From: Klebsormidium nitens
Taxonomy: Eukaryota; Plantae; Klebsormidiophyceae
Direction: 5' to 3'
Assembly: GCA_000708835.1 (NCBI GenBank)
Contig: DF237289.1
Coordinates: 35,816 to 99,815 of the forward strand
Length of the DNA: 64,000 nucleotides
Shown here: positions 11,888 through 23,400 of the stretch, one piece after another
How the letters are laid out: every line of letters begins with the position of its first letter
Numbering within the stretch: position 1 is the stretch's first letter
Program-made: the position numbers and the translations under genes
Notes under the pieces: generated by a model
What the model was told of the DNA's origin: nothing
The model's input: the letters and a program-made list of their open reading frames with translations, nothing else
Database searches by the model: none

Positions 11888-14800
11888 TCAACTGACCTCT
11901 GCCAACGGTAACAGCCAATGCCCCAAAACGACCACTGCAAGCGGCACGGTTATGTTATCAACGTCCCGATAAGGGAAGCTCTCAACGGCTGCCGCCGCGA
12001 AGCTGAGCACGCAAACGAACAGTGCGGCGCCGCAAAGCGACAGCTCCCGATCAAAGTTCCCCCTATAGTTGAAGTACACCTGCGGGTAGTTTGAAATTTA
12101 AATTCTGAGGTCTCAGGTTGTTTCTGTTTCTAGAGACTGCGAGGTTCACAGCGCGCCTGTTTCATGGCAAGCACAAAAGGCATGCAGCAAGAGGTTGCAG
12201 CTTCCAATAACCGTGCGCTTGCCCAGCAATTTCGATCGTGCCACCTCGGAGACGATCGCAAGATTCTTGAGGAGCTGGGCACTTTGGGAGGTAGCTTGCA
12301 TCTTTAGGGGAGTACAAGAATACGAGAAAGTTCTCTCAGCAGCTCTGAACAGGATATCACACAAATGGATTCGTTCGCAGAGGTTGGAATGGCGCCTTTC
12401 TGGCGGCTCGCACCCAAATCCACAACGACGTGTGCATTAAACCAAGTGCGAGACCCCGGGTGCGCTCTCGTGCGCCGTACGGGCGGCCAGCACAACCGTC
12501 TCAACAAAACCCAAAGACGATGCTTGTAAGAATAATACCATCGCCTTACCAGAGCTGCCAACCCGAAGACGAAGCTCCCAAGAAACATGGCTGACGAGCC
12601 GACGTAGGTTTTTGATTGCGACCATGGTAGCTTCGCCCTGCGTTAAATTCAAAGACGCTTCTTAGCTCCTGTTGGCCGGTCAATCACAAGAAGAGCTGCT
12701 GTTTCAATTGAGCTGCTTCAACTCAGTCATGGGTATGCTTCAAGCTTCCACTTAGCGTCTGAATTCGACTGGACTTTCGAAGGAGACAATATTTCTCTCT
12801 TTAAGTTTGGCCAACAGCGTGCCGAAGATAAAGTAGGCTGTCCAGATGCATAATACAAAAGAGCACAACTGCGTCTGCGTCTGCGCTTCCGTTACATGAA
12901 GCGGTGACTAACATTTATCTTATAAACTGATCAGGAAAGAAGGAAGTTCCCAAAAAAATATAGGAAAAAGCTCTCTGCTCGTCCCAAACGAGAAACAATC
13001 CGTAGAAGTTTAGTCCGCTAAGCTATGGGGCTGAGCGGCGCCTTGAAGTGAATTCTGCAAGACCCTGCCGTCTGTACGTCATCCACATTAGTATTTCCCA
13101 AAAAGACACCGGTTCTGAACCTGACCCTTGTTCTGGTAAGAGGCCCGCTGCGAGAGGAACGCGCGTGCTATTGGGTGGTCCGTCAAGAATCAGATTCTTT
13201 CCTAGATGAGGACTCCAAAATAAGCCAGAACACGTTTTCGAAGGCCGCCCACCTTCCATATCTCCTCCCAAGAACCTCCGCCAGGCCATCGCCCCCGCAG
13301 AGCGCCGAGAGCCCCAGCACGCCCAGGGGGGAGTTCCGCCAGAACACGAGCTGCCAGGGCGCGTTTGCAATCTTCAAGCTGGTTTGCAACCGCCAAGAAT
13401 TGCAGGTGCTTCGTAACATGACGAGTGAGAGGTCGCATACGAACGGCGGACTTGGGTGAGAAAAGGTCTGAAATTCTGGAAACGGTGCAAGAAACGGTCG
13501 TCGAGAGAAAATTCACCTTGCAGTGTAAAAGAAACTCTCTGCAGGGTACCAATGCTTCGATTCTCGCCTGTATTCTCGGGAGATCTGGACTGCCCTCTGC
13601 ACGCAGCGACCTGCCAGCTGACGCGCTCAAACAATTTCGCACTTTCCGGCCCAAGACTAGGAAACATCGTTGCCTCCTTTTCTCCACATGCTATTTTCCA
13701 AGATATATGCGAAGCTTTTTGCTTCTGAATCGAGAGAGATCAAAGCGCGGCTCCCTGGACAAAGGAGTGGCGCTCACCGTGGCGACCAGGAAGACGATGC
13801 CGTAGTATAAGGGGCCCCGGAGCATCTCCGCCGGATCGCCTCTTCGGCTCATGGAGGCCACCGCCCGGGGGTCACGGATCACGCCTGAGCGGCAGAGAGG
13901 CCTGACGTCAGCGTCGGTGTCAGCATTGAATCTCAGGAAAAAGTGCGTCACCACAAATAACTTCGTCCTGCTGAAATGAAGTCTTAGGTTGAGTTTGCCT
14001 TGAGCTTTCGTTTGGCCATAGTCAATGCCAATGACGCGGACTGCTTACATCTGCGCAGCTTCGAGAAGAATGTGCAGCGAAGTTTTAGCATTTCTTAGTA
14101 AGTGGATAAGACTCCCTTCCAGCAACATCTCATGCGGACCAAAGAAGGCTCAAACCTCACAGAGCAATTCATGCATCGAACGCGTAACGACTAGAGCATG
14201 CCAATCAGCTGTTGGCAGAACGAAGACTCATTTAGAGCAGCAGTTGGGGCAGCTCGACGGGCCTGGCCAAGCTTCGAGTAAGCGAAGCCAATACGCCCAC
14301 CACTGCGTCCCGTCCTATGTTAACCTTTTCCAGGTGAGGGTTGTCTCACCGATCCCAAGGAGGAAGAAGTTTGCGGTGACCAGAAGGGGCGCCGCTGCTG
14401 CAAAGTAGCGCGACTCTGGGGCGTCGCTACAAATAGGGAGGGCGGCAATAAGTGGCGGCACCGATCAGTCGCCGGCAGCATTATGGAGGGTAGATTTGAC
14501 GTCGGACGAAGGTGAGAATAGCTCATCAGAGTCTGCCCCAGGAACACCGACCTTTTGGTCTCCGCACGCACACAGACCATCACTCCGCGTTGCCTGACTA
14601 AAGACGGGCATAGAGAAACGAACGGCTCCCAAATGGACGGACTCGAGACCCCAATCTAGTTCCATAGAATCCGTCAGGAGGCGTGGTCGAAGCAGCAGGG
14701 CGTGGCTGCGCACAGCGCACCTGAAAAGATTCCACGTCAGCAGGAAGATGGGGCCCGTGCCGATGTGGATGACCTTCCGACTCAGTCTCTGTACACGGAA

Positions 14801-15488
14801 CATATCTAGGCCTTCAGAAGGCGGGCTAGGAAGACAGAGGATACGAGGCTCCTCTCTAATGTTGACCTTCCAAGAGCAGCTAAGTCATTCTTCAAAGGGG
14901 ACGACAAGGACACCCCTTGGCCAGCTCGGAGAGCTTTCCACGGTCATCGTAAAGTCACCAACAGCTTATCTCATCAACGGTTTGGATCCTCTGATAACAG
15001 ATGTGTCTGAATCGCTGCCTTCTCCAGGTCAACGAGTGAGCAGTCTCATAATGTCGAGCATGTTGAGTGACACGGCCGCGTCCACTCATTTTACCCATGC
15101 GACGCACAAGAAGAGGGCGATTACTGATGCGCCCAGATCCTGCAGCACAAAGAGCGGATACCGGGCTGTTCAAGGGCGTGTGAAAGCATGAAGACGTCGC
15201 CTTCGGGTCTTGGTCTTGAGATGCTAGTGGGCCGTGACACTCTAAGCGGGAGGCTTGGTGATGGCACCGCATTCCAATGGACGCAATTGAGATAAATCAT
15301 CAATCTAACGAGAGCAGATTAATTTACTTCGGTGAGGTAGTTGGCTGCCGAGAAAGGATACTTAGGTAGGATGCCACCCTCTAGTGATTGGTTGCCACAA
15401 GCGCAACAAGCCTGGAGCACTCTGCAAGCGCAGGACTTACCAAGCCAGAGGAGGAAGAAAAGTAGGGCGATAGCGGAGACCCTGCCAT
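11888..15488 (-). CDS. Phytol/farnesol kinase (VTE5/FOLK, CTP_transf_1 family); exon 2 disrupted or spliced at an upstream donor
   Basis: Spliced motifs are RLSRKVIHIGTGPIFLLTWNLFS, SMSRRGDPAEMLRGPLYYG, FWRNSP...CGGDGLAEVLGRRYG, KLPWSQSKTYVGS and VESFPYRDVDNITVP. Exon 2 has an in-frame TGA at 15088-15086. The 5' end is uncertain. Confidence 0.85.
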
Positions 15489-17428
15489 GGGCCGACTCTG
15501 CTGGCAAGACCCAATACCAGCGGTTAGTGCAAGCTGATCTTCAGTGCTTCCTATGGGAAACGTGATTCTCCTTCAAAAAGCGTCGTTCGTAAGTTATGGA
15601 TATGCATAACATGATGCACTTGCAGATTCTTGAGGACTGAGAGCTGGAAAACTGAACTGGAAGCAACTTTGCAACGTCTGTGCCAAATGCCTGATAAGCG
15701 GTGGTCAAGTTTAAATCAAAATACCCGCACACCAGCAGCTGATCTTGACTGGTTCACAGCGGTCTTTTCTGGGTTGCTCCTCTATTCATGGTCGGCGGGC
15801 AAAAGGCTTTCTTCAATTCACCTAGGCCTATGTATATGATGAAGCAAATTTTCATAGGGATTTGTCTACAGCTCTGTGCTAGAGGTGCATCATGATTGTT
15901 CTCCCTTCAGAACTTTGTCCAGTCTCGGTTTACCTTAAGATTAGCCTCCTTCCACAACCATTTGTGTTGCAGTTCGGTGGGTTTGTTGGCTTGCAATGGC
16001 ATTATGCACCCCAGGCAGCCCTTCTATGCATTCAAGGACTCTGCGACAGGCTGCTTTCTCACAACTCAATGGCGTGGATCCACAATCGAAACCATGATGT
16101 CTTTTGTCAGATGCTCTCTTCAACCTCCAGCTGAGGGCATCTAATACAAAGCCCATACAAAAGCAAGCGGGCTGGTTTAGAAGTCATACCATGAGAAGCA
16201 AGCTAGCGGGCTTGTGGCCGGTCATCTAAACCACAGAAATTGGAGCCGGCTGGCTCATCCATCTCCCAAATGCAAGCGGGCTTGGACTCGGACTGGAAGC
16301 AGGGCTCAGAAACGGCTCTTGATCTTAACCAAACCATGGACACTTCTCTTTCATGCGTTTGCACTCAGCTGCACAGCTGGCGTCGCCACTGAGCCACAAC
16401 TGAGCCAGCAAACGGATTCTAGTGTTCTAAGGCAACGTAAAGAAGTAAGCAAAGAATTCAACTTGCAAGCGCTTAGCCGCAGCTTGCGGACTACTTACTG
16501 CATTACACAAGACACCTGGGCGAAGCAGGCGAAGTCCCGGACTCCAGTACGCCATTGAAGATCTGCTCGCCAGTGCCAGTGGCAGTGTTCTTGCCGGTAC
16601 CAGTGAGCGAGTCTGCAGTGGTAGTGATATGGAGTGTGAATGATTGCGCTAGCCGGCTGGCCTAGCTATAGCGTATGCATGGGTGACGTATGCATGGACC
16701 GCCAAGGGGCGCCGGCTTGGATGCGGTGCCCGGTTCCTGTAACCTGTTTTAAAAGTACAACGGCCAAAGAACGTTCAACGCGGCGCCTCAGAGTACGGTA
16801 GTGGATTGCCACTGCAGTGCTTCTTTTGAAGTACAGGGAAGGTGGCGCGCGCACAATCGCATCTGACAGCATTGGCCGTCGATCTGAAGAACACGGACCG
16901 ATCGGAGGGCTCTGCCAACTTTGAGAGTCTGAGATCATTTCTCAGTGCCCCCTGCTGCCGGGCCTGGGGGCTGCTGCAGGCCTACGACTACCTAGCTGTA
17001 CAATGTGAATATCATAACTTGAAGGTACGATTGCGGTAGCAACGAAGCGACTTGGCTCCCCAGCAGGGGGCAGAAAGCTGTAAAAGCAGCCCGTATGTAT
17101 CCAGAATCAGTGGCATTCTGGAAGTGGGGCACCGGATGGCAATCACATCGCCATTGGTTGGAGATTCTTCTAGGCTGCAATGCTGCTTTCTGCAATGCCG
17201 CTCATACCTTGCACCGCTTGCTGCGCAGCATTCCACCCATCTCTTTGACACGAGCATTGACATATGTACGATACGCTCCTCTAGCCTATGCTCGCCCGAC
17301 CATTTTCGTTGTAGTCCACTTTTCACAGAGTACTTCGAAAGTCCAAGCTGCAACAAGTAGTTTCAGTAAAACGATGCGGACCCAATCCCCTGCGAGCATT
17401 TGTGAAGGTTTGGAACACTGTCTGACAG

Positions 17429-20400
17429 ATGGCTGCTAACAGCCGTGGCGCTACGCGTGGCGCCACAGGGGGCTCTTATGGCGGCCGCCGGGACAATGCT
17501 GTGGAGGGGCTGGAGAGTGTGGGCACCGGCTTAAAAGTAAAACGGACGTCGAGTGGGGTTGCAGCGGCCAGTCAAAACCTGGCAGGTGTGTCGCTGCAGA
17601 TTTGGAGATTCGCTGCTGGAGAACTTTGATCTGCTATGCTTGTGCTAGCCATGCAAACATAGGCTCAATGTGCAACACGATGTTGCTGACGTTTTGGGGC
17701 TGCATGCTCGCTCGTGATCTATGTGACCTTTGCTAGATGGGGCTTCATCACAGGTTGCTGATCAATGACAAGATGAGATGCACTGCCATCCAGTTCTGCG
17801 AACACACACCAATGCAACTATTTTGCAGAGCTCACCTGCAGCTTGGCCGACAGACTGCTGTTGGCACAATCTACTCTGTCCTTTCCGCTTAGTGTTTTTG
17901 CCACCACATGTACCACCTCAAAGAGGTGAAGTTTTCCATCAAAATCTGCTTTCCACTTCCTTTCCAGTTGCAAGCATTGCAAACCTCCGTGGCGAGGTCC
18001 GATGCGCGTGCGTGAGCGGTTCAGCCGTCTTCACTGGGGACCGTAGCGGCCCCATCCTGCAGTGGGACGCCCGCAGCGGCGCCTGCCAGAAGCTGCTGGA
18101 CCGGCCCCTGCAAGCATGTGCGCTGGCAAGCGTCGCGGACGGTAGTGAGCTGTGGGTGGGCTTGGCTGACAGCGACATCCTGGCCATTGATGTTGCGGGG
18201 AGAGTCGCTAAAGGGCGGTGGCGGGCGCACACCGGGGGGGTGTTCTGCCTGGTGGCGGGGAGGGAGTGCGTGTGGTCGGGAGGGGCGGACTTCCAGATAC
18301 GCAAGTGGGACCTGGTGAGAAGTGCGGCGGTGCAGCCCATCTGATGAGGACCAGAAGCTGGCATGTCCACAAGAAAAAGGCATCTTGTAGAGCTGCTCAA
18401 TTGCCCAGAATGTTTCACAAATGCATCCACAGCGATTCACTAAAACTTTCGAAGTTGGAGGGCTTTCCATATTAGAAGGCAGCCAGCCTCTGCATCGCAT
18501 CATACTTGAGAGTCAAGGGCGAAGGTGCGCCCAATGGAAGCAACAGTGCATGTCAGAGGTGTGCAACAATTGGCAACACTGGCCAGCCTGACTTATCAGT
18601 GTTGCTTTCTGTGCAGGCTGGTCAGCCCCTGGCTGCGTATTCACACCACCACAACTCGGTGCGCTGCCTGCTGCTGGCCCCCCTGTCTCATGGGCCGGAG
18701 CGGGGCGTGCAGGTCTGGAGCGGCTCCAGTGACACCACCGTGGGCGTGCTGTATGACACAGTAAGCCATTCACTTCTGAGGAGACTGGTGGTATCATTAA
18801 GGCACCCTTCGAGGAATCGATTTACACTGAGTGATTCGAGGACTCACAGCTCAACCCTCTCGCAGAACTTTAGAGTCTGTCAATGGAGTAGCCACTACAA
18901 CAGCAATGATATACAGGCGCTTAGAGCTGCAAAGAGTTCCTTGCCAACTTTGACCTAATATGGTCGCACCTCAATAACATGTCAGGAAGCTGGGTTCTAT
19001 TACATTGCTTTCTCTGGATTTTTCTCATCTCCGTAATTGACTGGTGAGAGGCCCTCGACCAGGTCTAATCTGACGGACTCCCTTGTTCTGTGTGTGTGTT
19101 TTAGGATGGGATGCAGTCCGCTGGGACCGCTCCGGAGGCTCAGATCTTGACAGGCCACACCAAGGCAGTCATCACAGTGTGCACAACAGCCGGGGAGGTG
19201 TGGAGCGGTTGCGAAGACGGGGTGATCCGGGTCTGGTGTCGGGAGGTGGGGCCTTTCGCCTTGCCCCACAATCATATCGTCCAAGACACTCTTTGTTCAG
19301 ACGGAAACAGCTAATCGTTGCTTATTTTGAAAGCTTTCTACTCCGGAATTCGTTCGGGTCTAGTTGCCCCAATCCTAGATTCACGGGTTGGCCTGGCTGG
19401 CGACTTCGAGACAGGTAAGGCAACCCGCCTTTCTGAAAGAGCGTCCCCCTTTCGAGACAGTCAGAAACACTGCCTGAGAAACATGCCGGGCGCGTGCAGG
19501 ACCTGAGTTTCCGGTCGGAGGTGGCGGCCCAAAAGGGCGCAGTGAGCAGCCTGGTGGCCATGGGCAGCCACGTGTGGAGCGGCAGCGGGGACCACACCGT
19601 CCTGGCGTGGGACGCGCAGGTGAGGGTCTTCTGTCAAGCAAAAGCACAAAAGCAGGTAGTATTCGTGTGCTTGGATTTGAGAGACGAAAGTACTGTCTTT
19701 TGCTTTTGAAACGAGATACTGAGGACATCAAATGCTCTACTGCAGAGGTGGGAGTACGCATAGTGGGTTCGAGGAACAGGCCTGCTGGCTCCTCACCCGT
19801 GCAACGAAGCGGTCCGGTCGTTGTCAGGATCTCACCACCTTCTTCAGAGGAGTCTGCTCGAAATCAGAAAGCACGTAGACTTTGCTCCTTTTCTATCGAG
19901 TTTCAAAATTGTAAAACTTTCTGCTATGTCTTGCCAGAGCAAGGAGGTCCGCTTCTCGCTGGGCGACCAAGGCGGGTACGTGCGGCACATGGTGCGCGCC
20001 GGGTGGGCGCTCTGGGCGTTTGCAGCGGAAAAGGCGATCAACATCTGGGCTGCTCAGGTCAGTCGTCGACCAGCGCACGCTGGATAATGCAGCCAGTGGA
20101 CTGCTGTTGCAGCCCACTAAAATGCAGGAAAATTCCATGAGTTCCTCGTAAGGTTGGCGCATGGTTTTGGATTGGTCCATGGCGGCTAAGAAAGGTTTGC
20201 TTCCAGATCGACTCCGGTGCTCAAGTGAAGCTAAGAAAAGTCGACCCGCAGCACAAAGTACGCCGTCGCCAGGGCCATGCTCCACAACGCGCTCGAGTCC
20301 ATTGGCAGCTGAGACGTCGAGAAGACGTGAACGAATCTCAAGAGCTCAGAGAGTATGCTACTTCCTCAGAGAGGCCTACCCACAAAAGGGGCACGAAACC

Positions 20401-23400
20401 TGCCCTTCTAAGCGATAATCCTGACTGCGCTTCCGTCGTATCTACAGAGTTTGGTCGAGGGCGCCGAGGCAGAGTGCGGGGCCGCACAGGAGGATAAGCG
20501 TCTGGCGCTGCAGCAGGTGGACGCGCGGGACGCGCGCATCGCCGACCTCACCGCGCAGCTCGACCGGTGTGCCTTCGACATGCAGCAGCTCCGACAGGCG
20601 TGCGACCAAGCCGCCAGCGCTCGAGACGACGCGCTACAGGAGAGAGACGCGGCCGCGAGAGCGGGCGAAGAAGCGGAGGGGAGAGCGAGGGACCTGGCTT
20701 CAGAAGTTGACGAGCTTCGAAAGGCGCTCCAAGACCGAGACGCGGAAGAGTTTAAGAAAGAGGATGCCGTGCGCCAAGAGAGGGAAGCGATGGGACAGGG
20801 CACAGAACGGGCGAGGGCGGAGAGGGACCGCGCGATGATGGAAGTGGAGCGGCTGCAGCAGGAGGGGGAGGAGCGAGCGCGCAGTCTGGAGCAGGAAAGG
20901 CTGCTCACACAGGTGAGGACCGTAAAGAAAAGAATATCTGTAGGTTTGTACATCCAATCACTCGGAGCACATCGGACTACCATGGGGCTTAAAATTCCTT
21001 GGCAATCTAGTTGGTCAAGCCAAGTACAACAGTAGATTTGCAACCTGGATCTCGGCATGACCTCAATCCGAGTAGATTAGCGGGTCAACCCTCATCTCAA
21101 TGCTGTCTCTTGACTCCCACCTTTGACAGGTAAGAGCGGTATAACGAAGGAGCATGGCTGTGCAGGGTCAAAGATGTCTCTCAACGAGTCCTGCAACTCG
21201 ACAAGTTCTCTCTGCAACTGCATCTTACAACGTCCTTTCTGTAGAAGTCTCTGTTCTTTCTTGTGAGCAGCTGCAATTCTCAAAGTGCCCTTACATCTGC
21301 ACTAAGGAATTGTTCCAGAAAACCTTGGTGCATGCCCATGATTTGAAGATTCTGTTGCGCCTTCCAGGAGCTGCGGCAGACGCTGATGGATACCACCCAG
21401 AAAGCTCTCGAGCTGGCGGAAGACCTGGACAAGCAGAGGGCGACCATCAGCCAGCTGCAGGCCGACAGGGCCTCGGCGAACGGCGAGGCGAGCCAGCGGG
21501 AAGCGGACTTGACGGCGCAGCTACAAGCCTTGCACGCGGAAATGGACGCCCTTGCGGCACGGTTTGCGGCAGAAAGGGAACAAATGACTTTGAAGATGAG
21601 CCATGATCGGGAAGCACTCGTGGCCGAAGTGGATAGGCGGGAAGCGGAGATTCAGGAGCTGGTGCGAGAGCGAGACGGCCTGGTCCGCGAGCAGGAGGAG
21701 GGCGCGCCCCGGGTGCAGGGGCTGGAGGAGGAGCTATGGGGCACGCGCGAGCGCATGCGCGAGGTGTTGGACGAGAGCACGCGCTTGCAGGCCGACCTGG
21801 CGGCAGTGCAGCAGCGCGCCGAGAGCATGGAGCGCGACGCGGCCGCGCGGGAGGCGCGCGCGCAGGCCGAGCTCGCAGACGCGCGCGCCCGCATCGAGGC
21901 CCTCGTGGATGCGCTTAACGGAACGGATCAGGAGCGGCAAGCGGAAGTGCAGGCGAGGTGCGAGGCTCTGGAGGCGGACTGGGCGGCAAGAATGGAACAT
22001 TTGAGAGCGGAGTCGAGCAAAGAGGTCGCCGAGCTTCAGATACGCTTGAAGGATTTCCAAAAAGAAAGAGAGCTGGAGGCTCGAAGAGTGGAGGAGGGGC
22101 ATGCGGCAGAGATTGACGAGCTAAAGCAAGAGCTTGCAACGGAGATGGCTGCCCTGACGAGTAGCGGCGAGGCAGAGCGGGACCAGAGCGTGCGGCGCGA
22201 GGTGGAGGCTCTGCGGGAAAGGCTGGAGCAAGAGGCGGCGGTGCAGAAAGAGGTGCACCAGCGAGACGTGGAGTTTCTGCAGCAGAGACTGCTAGAGCTG
22301 CAGGGAGAGGCGCAGCGGAGCAAGCAGGAGGCGCAAGAAGCGGGAGAAGGGCTGCGGGAACGGGAAAGGGTCCTCGAGCAACGGCTGGCCGAAGAGAGAG
22401 GGGCGCTGGACAGGGAGTGGCAGACCAAGGGAATGGAATCGAAGGAGAGGGAAGAGGGGCTCCGGCAAGAAAGGGACGAGGAGCGGGCTAGAAGCGAAGC
22501 AGAGAGGACGGAACTGCAGGCGGAGATTGACAGGTGAGCCTTAGGAGCACTGGACTCGCGGGACGGCGGGGATCGTAAAAGACGCAAGACAAGTACTCAC
22601 CGACATCAAGTCATAATTCTACTTGAATGAAGCACAGCTCATGGTTAGTAAGGCTAACCATAAGCTCATACTAGCGTGTTCAATCCCCATTTATTTTGGC
22701 TCAGGTTGCGGGGTGTGCTGGACGCGACATATCAAGAAAAGGGCCACAGCCAGGAGTCGTGGCAGAGCGAGAGACAGGGGATCGTTGATCAGATGACGAA
22801 AGCAGTGGAGGAGCTTCGAGCTAGACTGCAGGTGAGGGCTATGCATCACGATCTTGTGCTTAGAGGTGGACGCAGGAAATTGTTTACAGAATGCCGTTGA
22901 ATGACTCATTCTTCCCGTTCGGTGGAGGTCAAAGCCTGGATTTCTTGGCGGCTTCTCCCCGTTTCAAAGATCTCTCTCCCTTCTGTCTCATTTTAGTCAA
23001 AGGTGGCTCGACTACTCCAAACCCTTTCTCGCCAGCTTTGCAATCCAGAAGCAGCCACGACAGTCCTACTTGAATCGCACTGTCTCTTCCTACTTCACCA
23101 TGTTGCTGGCGCTCTTATGAAAATGTGCTCGACCTCTCTTTCCCGTTTCCGCAAGCCAGGCTGTATAACCTGCCGAGATCTATTTGCAGGAGCTGGAGAC
23201 GCAAAAGGACGCAATGCACGCCGACAGCCAAAGGCTGCTGGCTGACAACGGGAGCCTGCGCGCGCAGATACAGGACCTGGAAGCGCGGGGCGACCAGGAC
23301 CGGGAAGAGCTGACGTGGGCAGCGCGCACCCGCAGTCAGATGGAGGAAGAACGAGGCGGCCTGCTGGCGCGACAGGCAGAACTAGAGCGGGAAGTCAGCA

